Shown piece after piece: positions 39,424 through 52,289 of a DNA stretch of 64,000 nucleotides (its first letter is position 1; each line of letters starts with the position of its first letter). The notes under the pieces were generated by a model that saw nothing but the letters and a program-made list of their open reading frames with translations, did not search any database and was not told where the DNA came from. The DNA comes from Octopus sinensis (Eukaryota), in contig NC_042998.1 in NCBI RefSeq assembly GCF_006345805.1, positions 101,680,001-101,744,000 of the forward strand. Reading direction: 5' to 3'. Position numbers and translations under genes: made by a program.

Positions 39424-40178
39424 TATATATATATTACTACTGTTAGGTATAAGGTTTTGGAACACTATAAGGGTTGACAGTGTTGTTTGTAAATGTAGGA
39501 GAATTTCCCGTTTAGCTTACGGTACGATTTATAAAAACGAGAGTTTAGATCCCGGGAAACATCTAAGAAATAGGATTTTGACTGATCGAGCATTTGACTA
39601 GTCACTACTCACAAGCCTACGACTGATAGGAGGATCTAGATACGCTCTTGGGGTAGTCATCTCCCAGTTAGTGTATATATATTGCTTCCTACAGCAATAA
39701 GAATTTTTAATTCTTATTTTGTTTGTAAAGTATAGGTGAGGGTCTTTCAAACAGCTAGGCACGAAGTTTGCTTCGAGCGTAGTTGGTTGAAAAACTCTTA
39801 AAAAAGCTTCACAGAAAATTATGCCTGGCTGCATGTGTAACTGTTCATACCCTGTGCAGTGAAAACACGTGTAGGTCGTGTATACTGTATGGAATTGTAA
39901 AATAAATGGAAACGAATTTTGTGGACATACTAATCTCCATATTTTCTATTCTAATAATTATTGCTTATATACACTCCAAAGAATATTACCATCTAATGAA
40001 GCTAACACAAAATTACATTTGGGAGGATATTCCAGAGTACGTTACAACCAAAAGTAAGCGTAGATGTTAAATAGTAATCAATGCGGTTAGCCGTAACGTG
40101 GAACATAACTGAGAGGCACCACAGTAGCCACCTGGATAATAATATATCCTTCTAAATTCCCATTAATATAATACATGC

Positions 40179-40221
<43 letters not shown>

Positions 40222-40224
<3 letters not shown>

Positions 40225-40449
40225 CTTTACTACCCACAAGGGGTGAAACACAGAGGGGACAAACAAGGACGGACAAAGGGATTAAGTTGATTACATCGAC
40301 CCCCAGTGCGTAACTGGTACTTAATTTATCGACCCCGAAATGATAAACGGCAAAGTCGACCTCGGCGGAATTTGAACTCGGAACGTAACGACAGACGAAA
40401 TACGGCTACGCATTTCGCCCGGCGTGCTAACGTTTCTGCCAGCTCGCCG
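40222..40449 (-). mobile_element. Family A SINE, near-consensus copy
   Basis: Full-length reverse complement of the 4663 copy. Confidence 0.88.
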
Positions 40450-40641
40450 GTATATATATATATGTATGTGTGTGTGTGTGTGGTGTGTGTGTGTGTGTGT
40501 GTGTGAGTGTGTGTGTGTGTGTGTGTGTGGGTGTATACATATTGCATGTTAATTTCACGATCAGACTGTTCCTACGACGAAAAAGATTCCAGTTGACATA
40601 ACTCAACTGGAATCCTCGTCGTCGTAGGAGACAGAGAGACA

Positions 40642-40681
<40 letters not shown>

Positions 40682-40682
<1 letters not shown>

Positions 40683-41400
40683 TGGATGTACCTGTGACCT
40701 ATTGGGTCACAACCATTCCAAGTTGAAAATGTCGATGTGCCGCGGCAAAGTAAAAATACTATTTTGTACAGCATGCAATAAAATTCTTAAACAATATAGC
40801 TCTTCTCCGTTTGGTGTGACAACATAAAAAACGACCAAGTGCGTCTTCCCTGAAAACGTTCAAATGACCTTCAACTTTTTTCTGGCTTTCTTCTTCGTTA
40901 TTCTTTGTTACTACTGTTCAAAAGCTTTCTTTCATATGACGTGCAGTGACAGTCATATTCCCATTATCTCTGAGCAATATTTTTTGTTCATCTGGCAGAT
41001 GAACTTTCTCTCTAAACATCACAGGTATTCCTTCATGAATTGAAGCTCCTAAAATAGATGCAACTGCATCGGATGGTCCAATATATCTTCCCATCGGATA
41101 TTGACTAATCTTGTTTATATCGTTTATATTTGAACAGCGTCTTGGTCATTTCTTTTCAGCGTGTACTTGATTACGTACTTAATTGACTTTACTGAGGCAA
41201 AGATAACAACGTTGCAGTGGCATTTGAACGCTCTTAAAAGAGTTTCATCATAAGGTACGATCCATTTGTTGTTGATTGTTTAACTATTCTTATGAAATTC
41301 AACTCCTCCCATTGCAACTTCTCATTTATAAAGCGATAGTCTCTCCATCTGTTTTTCTGCCTTTTGTTTAAGATGATAAAGATTAATATTTTATTTTAGA
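40682..41400 (-). mobile_element. Internally deleted Helitron carrying a RepHel fragment
   Basis: INNKWIVPYDETLLRAFKCHCNVVIFASVKSIKYVIKY..GRYIGPSDAVASILGASIHE..VHLPDEQKI..GR..VVTPNGEELYCLRILLHAV. The 3' end has hairpin GTGACC-CAATA-GGTCAC, 8 nt, then CCAG|T (consensus CTAG|T). Candidate 5' A|TC at 41382 or 41400. Confidence 0.85.
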
Positions 41401-42109
41401 TTAAATAGTTATTGCCCCTTGTAACAAAATATATCAAGTACCAGCTATTAAAGAATCCCATAAAAATATAGGGAGAATTTCTATCTTTCACTCTACGGCA
41501 CTCCGAATGTTGTATAAATGATTAAGGGGAGAAAAAAGAAAGTCAGAAAAAGGACAGACGGCGGTAGCTACGACCACTCTTTGAAGTATGGCACCGCAAA
41601 TTGACATTTTGAAGTTGAGTTTTTATTTTCTTAAAGACGGAAACACTATTTTATTTGCAATCGTTATCATCTTAATAAAGGTAATGAAAACAAGCAGACA
41701 AACCTTCAGAAAGGGAGTAAGTTCATTATATCGATCCCAATAATGAAGTGGTACATAATTTATCGACCCCGAAAAAATGAGAAGCCAAGTTGACGAAATG
41801 CCGCGAGGCATTTTGTCCGGTACTCAGATGTGTTTTAGTATAATATGTATAGATATATGTTTGTATATGCATGTTCCTATTCCTATACGTATGTACATAA
41901 ATACATACATACATACATACATATATACATACATACACACACACATACACACATACATATATATATATATATGTGTGTGTATATATGTATAGTAATAAAA
42001 ACATGCATATACAGACATACATAAATAAATATATCTATCTATATATACGTACTTACACACATGGAAGATATGGAATAGAAAGAACACTTGACAAAAGGCA
42101 ACAGTTTTC

Positions 42110-42880
42110 AAATTTGGTTACAAGGGGGCTAGTAGGGTGCTAGTCGATTACATAGATCCCGTGATACAACTAGTACTCATTTTATCAGCCCCCAGAAAGA
42201 TGAAAGGCAAAGTCAACAACGGCGGAATTTGAACTCACAACGTAAAGACTGACGAAATGCCGTCTTGAAAATGCTATTAACATTCGTTTTAAATAAGGTG
42301 GTAATCTGGAAGAATCGTTCGGGTACCGAGCAAAATGTTTCGCTACAATTCGTCAGCTTGCCTTTTCATTCGTTTGGGGTCGATAAATTATCTACCACTT
42401 CTTTATTAGGGTCGATATAAGGAACTTACCTCCTTTCCGAAATTGCCAAAATTTGAAACCAATATAGAAGGCTATTTGACAGAATGTATAGCATACCGGG
42501 CAAAATGCTTAGCGGCATTTCGTCGACCCCTAATTAATGAAAGTCATAGTCGACTTCGGCGCAATTTGAACTCAGAACGTATAAACGGACGAAATGCCGT
42601 TAAGCATTATACTAGGTCTGCTAAGGAATGTGCCTTGTTGCTGCCTTAAGCAACTATTAACAATGGTTTCAAATACTGGTTCAAGGCCAGCAATTTCGGA
42701 AGCGTTGGTAATCGATTATATTGACCCCAATGCTTGACCGGTACGTATTTTAACGATCACGAAATAATGAAAAGCAAAGTCAACCTCGGTGGAATTTGAA
42801 CTCAGAATATAAAGACGGACAAAATACCCACGCATTTTGCACGACATTCTAACGTTTCTGCCAGCTCTCCACCTCTGAGT
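42110..42880. mobile_element. Cluster of about 4 diverged family A SINE copies in both orientations
   Basis: Repeated GAAAGGCAAAGTC..GGCGGAATTTGAACTC cores, with one plus-strand copy at about 42300-42430. Confidence 0.7.
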
Positions 42881-43222
42881 AGCTCTTATTATTGGTTGCT
42901 ATTTATATTATTGCTTATTTACTGTACATATAGCGGCCTGCTATTTTGCTTGGTACCCTTTTTAATGTGCATACAACGGCATAGTGTTTGGTGTACTATA
43001 AAGATTAGATGAAACATGTGCGGCCCTTATTTTTTGCCGAGACTACACAACCGGCAACGTTTTGCTTTATAGAATTACTAGCTCATAAATTCCAATATAA
43101 TCTCGAGACAAGTTCCTTTGCTTTTCTCTATTACCTCATTTGGTTTACTTTTATGTATTTGACTTACAACCTGTCTGTATATTTTACTAGCTGGCATCTT
43201 TCATCCCTTACATTTCCCATCA

Positions 43223-43224
43223 TG

Positions 43225-43256
<32 letters not shown>

Positions 43257-43432
43257 TGTATGTATGTATGTATGCATGTATGTATGTATGTATGCATGTA
43301 TGTATGTATGTATGTATGTATGTATGTGTGTGTGTGTATGTATGTATGTATGTATGTACGTTTGTATATATGTATGTATGTAAAAGAGATTGATAGATAT
43401 ACAGACAGATAGACAGATAATCAGATGGATAG

Positions 43433-43475
<43 letters not shown>

Positions 43476-43502
43476 TGTGTGTGTGTATGTGTGTGTGTGT
43501 GT
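43223..43502. repeat. (ATGT)n and (GT)n microsatellites
   Basis: Directly visible. Confidence 0.95.
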
Positions 43503-43751
43503 GCGTATTCTTATCGTTCACAAAAACAGTCAAACGTATTGAAATAGAAAACTTTGTGCTTGAAGATATCTACGAGATAAGAATAAGTAATTTACTTTGA
43601 TTTGGCACAAGATAATTGTGCAGAGAAAAAGGTAAATTCAGTCACCAGGAATTAGGAGGCAGACAGAAATGAAATAGCGTTCCACTGATTCTTAACCTGT
43701 GTTTACTTATGGAGTTTTACGCCTGTATTCGATTATATTTTCCTATTTTAG

Positions 43752-43827
43752 ACGGAGGGCTGGCAGTCGTAATGACATTTTCAGTCAATCACGCACTGGA
43801 GAGATGGATGCGCCTGATGTTATGCAG
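43752..43827 (+). other. Candidate 76-nt exon of an unidentified host gene
   Basis: Acceptor TTTTCCTATTTTAG and donor CAG|GTTAAT. Open in two frames (RRAGSRNDIFSQSRTGEMDAPDVMQ or GGLAVVMTFSVNHALERWMRLMLC). No homology recognised. Confidence 0.25.
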
Positions 43828-43974
43828 GTTAATGTCTGTTGCTTCTCAACTTCGTCCAGAGTATCAATATTATAATATTTCAAAGCGCTGTACTGTTTCC
43901 CTTCAGCTGTCTGGCTTTTTTGCTATATAATGAAAACGTTAGTATTATGTAAGCTTTTTCTTCTTTTTCTTCAG

Positions 43975-44010
43975 ATGACTATGCTTTCTTTCAATCTCTC
44001 GCGGCTTCAG
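43975..44010 (+). other. Candidate 36-nt exon of an unidentified host gene
   Basis: Strong polypyrimidine acceptor CTTTTTCTTCTTTTTCTTCAG and donor CAG|GTACGC. Length is a multiple of 3 (xDYAFFQSLAAS or MTMLSFNLSRLQ). Confidence 0.35.
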
Positions 44011-44791
44011 GTACGCTCAGTTAAGCGCCAAGAAGAATGCTTCTTAATGGTTCTTCAATTTGCAAGCAATAGCAAACAAATACCTTTAAAACTAACTTTA
44101 CGAAACACTAGGAAACGTAGTTATTGACACTCTTAAATAGATAGACTGGCCATTGTAGAAATACCAATGTTTTACAGGTTTGTTTGAAAAGGGTATTTAT
44201 GAGGCTATACAAAATGCAGTAACAAATTCTCTGTAAGAAAAAAGTCAATAAAAAGTCCATATGGGAAGTGTCAAGCATTTAAACTAAACTCATCGATTGA
44301 ATTGATTCTAATATGTTGATGTAGTTTCGTAGAAATCTGCTGCATAAGAGAAGATTGCTTACGGCAAACCGATATGGCGATACGGATTGTATAAGGCATT
44401 TGAGTTCACTTATGCTTTTAATATATTTATGAAAGATTAACTGTAAACGATATACTACTTCGATCTCCATTAGACATATAGGATAATATCCCCTGTGAAA
44501 GCAAACAAAAAATTAAAAGAAAATTAAAAAAATACTAAGCATATTTTTAGTGCAGCTTATTTAACTGAACAAGGTGGATCCGGAACCCAAGTGAAACAAA
44601 TATTCCTATACGATGGCTGCAACAGCAGCAACAAGAACAAGAACAAGAACAACAAAAACAAGAACAACAACAACAACTACTACTACTACTACTACTACTA
44701 CTAGTAGTAGTAGTGGTGGTGGTGGTAGTAGTAGTAGTAGTGGTGGTGGTGGTATTAGTAGTAGTAGTAGTAGTGGTAGTAGTAGTAGTAA

Positions 44792-44830
<39 letters not shown>

Positions 44831-45768
44831 GTGGAAACTGCATTTTTCTTAGATCTTTTTGTCAATATTTGGTCAATACACTATCCGTTATTTTCCCGGT
44901 TTAGAATTGAAATTTATCCGAGCTGGCGCTTAATTAGACTGTCATTTTCTGCTCTTGACCTCTCTAGCGTTTCTCGCTTACACATCCCCAATGCGGTACC
45001 AAATATGTCATTCAACTGTTACTTTCTAAAATTGCAAACATTTGAAGAACAGCAATACAAACATCAGTCTATACTAAAAAAATCCATACAGCTGATAACA
45101 GCTCACTATTAAAACCTCTTTACAAGACACAGTACAAAAGTGGTGCATATTTATATCCTTACTTCGTTGGCGTGAGTAATTATGCGGCAAATTGTCTCTA
45201 AATTATTAGATTCTGATCCTCATGAGGTGACTTATTGACTAATATGTATATACACTCCGGGATAGATCTGAATTAGGAACTTTTAGAAATAAAGCAAAAC
45301 TTAGCTATAAGAATACGTCTAGCAATTATATTAAATATTATTACATTAATGTATAATTATTCTACGTACATTAGACATAAGGCCTGAAATTTGGACGAAG
45401 GAGTCTACTCGATTACATCGCACCCAGTGCTCAACTCGTACGTATATTATTACGATCGAAAGAATGAATGGCAAATTCGACCTTGGTGGAATTTGAACTC
45501 AGAACGTAGTTTAATATATAATTACATATGTAAGTATATCTAGCCACTGAAAAATATACAAGGCATAGTGTCGTAGATAGTAAAGACATTAAAAAATCTA
45601 CATTTAGAAATTAGGAATACTCTTTCGATGTAAGCAGAAATGAATGAACATGTTCTAGCACGAAACATTTAATTACAAAACACGAGCTTACACAAAAATA
45701 TCCAGCCTGGAGATCGAATTATTCATCCGGAAATTTATTATTGTAATTTCAATAATTCATCCGGCATA

Positions 45769-45815
<47 letters not shown>

Positions 45816-46356
45816 CTGTCAGAACGATGCTATACAGAAAACTTTAAGCATTTTGCTTGTAGACATTTCCTCTTTACATTTCTTTGGTTTTTCGAGTTAG
45901 TATCGGATAGTATATCTAATCGAAAATAATGCATTCTACCTACGTCTATAAACATCTTGACAAATACGGAGATCTCCATCTCTGTTAAACCCAGCTTCGT
46001 AATATACAAAGCCTGATTAAGATTAACGAATATCATGTCAACAAATATTTTACAAATCCACTATAATTGTACTTCTCCACAAACATATGTAAACAAATAC
46101 ATTTATTTATATACATAAGGATGATCTAATTTTATGCTTTACGAAGTTTTTCTCTCTTCTTATGTTCTTAAGAATTTCTTGCAGTTTGCTTCATGAAACT
46201 ACAACACAGTTTTTCATTCAATTTATATATCTGTATCAGTATATGACTATATTCCTATATATATAGCGGGAGAATTCACAAAAAACAACAAAAGACGAAG
46301 ACAGGTGGTGTAGACAAAAAAATTGTATTAGTATAACGCTCGGGAAGTGAAAATGT

Positions 46357-46393
46357 CTTTAACGTTTCGAGCTTACGCTCTTCCTCAAGAAGG
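46357..46393 (-). ncRNA. Minimal hammerhead-like motif with altered core, within a short dispersed repeat (about 46262-46420)
   Basis: Minus strand CCTT-CTTGAGGAA-GAGC(GTAA)GCTC-GAAAC-GT-T-AAAG: stem II perfect, stem I short, CUGANGA box non-canonical. Confidence 0.4.
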
Positions 46394-46417
46394 AACACAG
46401 AAAGAAACAAAGAGAGA

Positions 46418-46469
<52 letters not shown>

Positions 46470-47747
46470 ATATGCACAACTTAGTTTCAATGTTTATTTA
46501 ACACGCACAAATCAGGTGTTTCTGTGCCCAGATATTGAAAATGAATAGATTTGAGGGCTTTGTATTGAATTCGTAAGTCCTAAGTATAGATGACACTATT
46601 TCATAAGTTATATAGGTAATGCATACTGCTATATGTATTGCGTATTAAACCTGAACGTTGAATCTTTACAATATTATTATAAAAGTACAAACTTCATGCA
46701 GGTGCTTCAATAAATATTTTTTAAAAAATAGATAGAAATAGATGGTAATAGAGTAATGTAAAATTTCACCACTCTGTATATAGTTATACCGATATGAATT
46801 CATTCACACATACATACACAATGGTTACAACTTGATTTCGAGTAATTCTGTTGCTTGATTCCATTCTTAAATTAGCACGGATATGGCAATGATGGACGCC
46901 TCTTGCAGCAAGTTTTCTGAGAATTACCACTCAGGCTGACATATATCTTCATTCCAGCATAAAAATATTCTTTGAATGTTTTGCGTTTTTGTGGCTATGT
47001 AACGTATATTGGCAAGTTTTACGTCAATGTAGCATATTGGAGAGCTTAAAAATCAGCGATGCCCGTGCTTGCACCTTTTTTAAATTGAGAAAATGTCTAC
47101 GACAGGGATAGTACCACTCTCTAAAAATTTCTGCATTTTCTCAAAAAGAACTTTCGTAGAAGCAAAACCCTAATTTAACATAGGCGACTTTGTATCCAGT
47201 TGTGCAGTCTAGGTATTCTTTTGGATATACAGGCAGGCATGCATGCATCCACACATGTGGTAGATGCAGTCACCTTTTCGTTCGGACGAAAAAGATGTTC
47301 CTGTTGGGTTTTCAAATTGGTGGTATTATATGTCATTCACATACCTTGGAAGAAATGACACTACCTTTTGGTCATGGAGTAGAATTTGAACACAATATTC
47401 GTAAACATTCCAAAATGCATCACGATCGGCACTTTAACTCTTCTGCAAATTCGCCTTATGTGTATGCATATATATGTACATATATATGTATGTATATGAC
47501 TCTGAATATAGATGTAAATAACATATTTATTTAGATTTACATTACTTAACATTTTGTAGGCACAGATTGCACTCCCATACTCAAATAAAGAAATTAAACG
47601 ATATTTTTTGGTGTTAGTATTTGTGTTTCCTTTAGTCAGTCAGTGTTTTATTGATGCTCTGTTATGCAACTACGCTAGATAATTCCATGAAATGCCTCAT
47701 ATTGTAGATGCGACAGTATCTTAGTTCCAAAAAAAAACCCTAATAAA

Positions 47748-47995
47748 TGCGCCCTTTTAAAGCATAATCAGGCTCATGGGCCCGGTTTCCCTGTTTCAAT
47801 AGCGTATGTGTTCCTCAGCAGGACGGGACGCCGGTCCATCGCAGCGTTATTCATTTTTGCCAGCTGAGTGGACTCCAGCAACGTGATATGAAGTGTTTTG
47901 CTCAAGAACACAATTCGCCGCCCGGTTCAAGAATCGAAACCACAATCATACGATCATGGTGCTGACACCCTAACCACTAAACCACGCGCCTCCAC
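47748..47995 (-). mobile_element. tRNA-derived SINE (family D)
   Basis: Minus-strand head GGAGGCGCGTGGTTTAGTGGTTAGGGTGTC..GGTTTCGATTCTTGAACC has A/B boxes. A related copy lies at about 18985-19105. Confidence 0.75.
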
Positions 47996-48301
47996 AAGTT
48001 CCAAATAGTCGACAGTTTTATGAATTGATAGTTCAGTGACGACGTTTACCAGCAGGTGTGTTAACTCCCTAAATCTCACATACTGGCTACTTTGAATAGT
48101 CCATTTTCAATAGAGATACCATTTCGCAACCGATGATATTAGAATACAGAAAACTAACATAAGAGCCAATGATTTTAAGGTAAGTTTTACGCTACACATG
48201 CATTGATTCAGGTACAGGGAGTGTGTAAGTTCCACTTTCATGTCCAGTTTCACAGGTCCTGGAAGCAAAGAAAAAATCACTAATACTGACATAGAGCATG
48301 C

Positions 48302-48916
48302 TTGATGGGTTCCTTTCTTACTCATAATAATAGCAACAGAGTTATTCTCGTTAGAGGATAAACTTCACATCTTCTTAATAATGTAATCAAAGTTAAAAGC
48401 CGGTTCATCGCTATGAATCACTTGTAGCAGGTGGAAGATATCTCTGTTTTACATTAATAAATCCATTTACTAAATCTATAAATGAAATTGCATACGATCG
48501 ATGATATGCGCAAGAAACAGACAGCGAAACCTAAAAGAGTATAGAAACATTCTTCTGTTGACTGAAAATTATATTTGCATTGGATACATGTATTTATAAT
48601 TAATACCCGGTTGCTAATCTCTATAAGAATATTGTACCTCCGTGGTTTGCAACATCCGTTTTTAAAGCACAAATAAGACTAAGTAGATCCATTCGGATTT
48701 GTCAGACGTAGTCACTTTCTCAATAAAACATGAGCGACATCAGTTACAGTCGATAAATTCGATCCTAGTATTTGACAACTAGTTTATTTTATCGAATCCG
48801 AATGTATGGAAGGTAAATTTGTTCTCAATAGAATTTCAACTAATAACATAACGAACCACACACACACACACACAGACACACACAGACAAACATACATACA
48901 GACAGACAGACAGACA

Positions 48917-48987
<71 letters not shown>

Positions 48988-50333
48988 CACAAAGAATTGT
49001 ATCCACGGGGCTTACCTCTCTACCATCGCACTCCAAACTTACCAAAAGAATACGAAAATTAAATACAGAAATTCCATGAGGAAGGCACTTAAGCTAACGA
49101 TCAATAACTTAGTAATGAATTTTAACATTTTCGCACGATCACAAATTAGTTGAAGTTTGTGAGAAAACAATTATATCTTATTAATCATTAATCAAATGTA
49201 GTTCTGTTCTTTGGGACATGAATTTTGAGGACTGAAAGGATTAACGGTAGCATTGATCCAACAAAGTTTGAAATGGGAAAGTAAACCATAAACATACTGT
49301 TAGGTGGTTTATCGATTGAGACACCCCCGTTTACATTAGACATTTGTAATATCGAGCGGGAACATACCTTGTGCGACTGTAGTGAACTTAATCGATACTA
49401 CTAGTACTTATGTTATCGATCCCAATTCTATGCCATTAAATAACTAAATTAAATGACATGTCTAACGAACAACAGTTTCAGCACAGTCGCCTTGCAGTTC
49501 TGTTACACAACTTATACAAAACGCACACATTATAATTACTACCTAGTACCTTCGCATGCCCATATTTTATGCAATAACTTCGGGGTACTGCATGAGACCG
49601 CGCCCGTAACATATTCCACGCAAGACATAAATAAAACACATGAAACATGAATAGCAACAGACAGCACCATAAAATTGATGGAACTTATATAAAACCTCTC
49701 ACTAACGCCTTATTCAATACTGCTCACACTATAAGAAAAGAGACAATCATTTGTTATTGCAATGACTATTAAGCGCATGCAATTTCGCTTTCAGTAATTA
49801 GTTACAAACGTAGACGATCATACTGTGAGGACTGAATAGTCGAGACATTACGCTCACTATACTTGATTTGTACTTAGTTTATTGACTCTAAATAAACCAA
49901 CTGCAAGAAAAAACAGAAACAATTCATATCGTAGTGGGCGCATTAAGTATGATAAAAAACAAAATTTGTGCTTTAAAAACGGATGTTGCAAACCACGGAG
50001 GTACAATATTCTTATAGAGATTAGCAACCGGGTATTAATTATAAATACATGTATCCAATGCAAATATAATTTTCAGTCAACAGAAGAATGTTTCTATACT
50101 CTTTTAGGTTTCGCTGTCTGTTTCTTGCGCATATCATCGATCGTATGCAATTTCATTTATAGATTTATTAAATGGATTTATTAATGTAAAACAGAGATAT
50201 CTTCCACCTGCTACAAGTGATTCACAGCGATGAACCGGCTTTTAACTTTGATTACATTATTAAGAAGATGTGAAGTTCCCCTAACGAGAATAACACTGTT
50301 GCTATTATTATGAGTAAGAAAGGAACCCATCAA
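48302..50333. repeat. Local inverted duplication: about 370-bp arms (48302-48674 and 49964-50333) with a 1289-bp spacer
   Basis: The arms are near-identical reverse complements; the same MCFKNGCCKPRR.. ORF appears on both strands in the ORF track. Confidence 0.9.
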
Positions 50334-50344
50334 ATACATAAAAA

Positions 50345-50522
50345 AAAACAGCTGGACAAACAAATATATACAATATACAGAAAATAGCACATCCTACGTA
50401 AAACACTTTCAACACAGTAACCATAAGAGCATCACAGCAAACCGCAATACATATGCAAGGCACACAGAGCTGCGCTCGTTAGTGCAGTGAAAGCACGTTA
50501 TAAAAATAAGACTACTGAATAA
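50345..50522 (+). mobile_element. 3' tail of the R4/Dong-like family seen at 61285-61990
   Basis: GCACATCCTACGTAAAACACTTTCAA..GAGCTGCGCTCG..GTGAAAGCACG..ACTACTGAATAA aligns to about 61850-61990. Confidence 0.8.
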
Positions 50523-50629
50523 CGTATGATCTATTATACATAATGATGATGATGATGATACAAAAGCAGCTGAAGACATAGACACACTAATGCAACCCAG
50601 CAGGACAACCGAAAAATAACTCTAAAAGA

Positions 50630-51690
50630 CTGGAATATCTACAGTTTTCTGTGAGTATTTTGAATTTCCCTCAAAATATGTTAAGGAACTTACATATCTA
50701 CAGCTTTCGAACACATAAACAATCAGCTTTAATATCTACACCTTCTGTGAATACCTATAATTTTTTCTTTTCCCCATTTTCGAAAATGGAAATATCTTCT
50801 TTTCTCTGTTTGGACAGACAAAACATCATCTCCAATAATTTTTTTTAAAATTCATATCTAAGATTCTCTGTGGAAAAAAATTTACCTCCCTTTTCTTTTG
50901 GTTCCTTTTCCACTGAATATTCGTAAATGTAAGCATCCTTTTTAATGTAAAAGGTAAAAAACATCAGTATTCTCTGAACTGACATACAAACGAACACCTC
51001 AAAACATTTAGACACTTTAATATCCCCAATTTTGTTTGAACACTTTGTCTTCACTTCTTTCCTGACTAACAGAATAAGTAAACATGACTTTTATCGTAAC
51101 AACACAATTAAATGCAAGATAAAAAATTAAGGAAGTAAGCACCTACCAATATATACATACAGCACAACTACAAAAATTGTAAACCACAGCATAGCTTTTA
51201 AAAAGAAGAGAAAAATTCCAAAAGAAATAGAAATTCAGAAATTCAAAATTCTAACAAGGCGAACATCTCTTCCTGTTACTTTTCACAAATACTGGAATAT
51301 CTACAATTTCCTGTGATTATTTTAACTCTCCCTCAATATTAAATAAGTTAGGAAACTTACATGCCTACAGCTTTCGTACACACAAGCGATCCTCCTTTTT
51401 ATTCTAAGAACGCTACCATTTCTCGCTGTGCGGTCATACAAAAGACAATATTTAGTAAATCTTAAAACTTTAGTATCTACAACTTGTTATCTTTTCTTTT
51501 TGACTTTCCCTGAATATTCGAAAATGTAAACATCCTTTTAATTACAAAAGTCCTACTGTAGTCTCCAACTGGACAAACAAACGAACATCTCAAGAAAACA
51601 TAGAATTTTAATATATTACCCAAATACGTAAACACACCTTTTATTGCAACAACACAATTGAAATCAGGAATTCAAAAACTCAACAACGTG
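50630..51690. repeat. Old, diverged tandem duplication (period about 660 bp)
   Basis: ACTGGAATATCTACA.., CTACAGCTTTCG.. and CTGAATATTCG..AAATGTAA..CATCCTTTT recur in the same order. Confidence 0.65.
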
Positions 51691-51695
51691 AATAT

Positions 51696-51736
<41 letters not shown>

Positions 51737-52289
51737 GGGGGATGTGTGTGGGGGGGTATGTGTGTGTATGTGTGTGTGTGCCTATATATATATATTGTTA
51801 TTGTTTTTTCTACTCGTAATTACAAATAGAACAGGTTGAATTGCTTCTTTTCAAGGCAGCGCTCTTCGCGGCCACTGGTAGAGGTAAATACATTTCGCCT
51901 CAACTGACTCAAAGGGTGCGAAGATTCTTTTGTCTCTATAGCTGATCTCTCCACCATCTGCCGAATCTATTTATAGATCTGTAGAATGTGATCTATTTAT
52001 CAAACAGCTGCCCAACTATTTCCTCCAACACTGGTAGTGGTGGTGATGGTGATAATGGGAAAAAATAAAATAACAATAATATGCTGCAGCTGCTGACACT
52101 AAATACTACTAATACTACAATAATACTACAACTACTACTATTATGATAGCACACGAATTTGAGGGCCAACTACCACCCTTATCACGACACCACCCCTGCT
52201 ACTGTTGCTGTTGCTGCAACCACTGCTGCTACTACTACATATAACAACAATAATATCAGTGATGATAATAATAATAATAATAATTATAA

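Noticed and set aside
46850-47460. Possible very decayed PLE RT on the minus strand (FLPRYVNDI, IPVVDI)
   Set aside because: Motif matches are too loose and the spacing is irregular.
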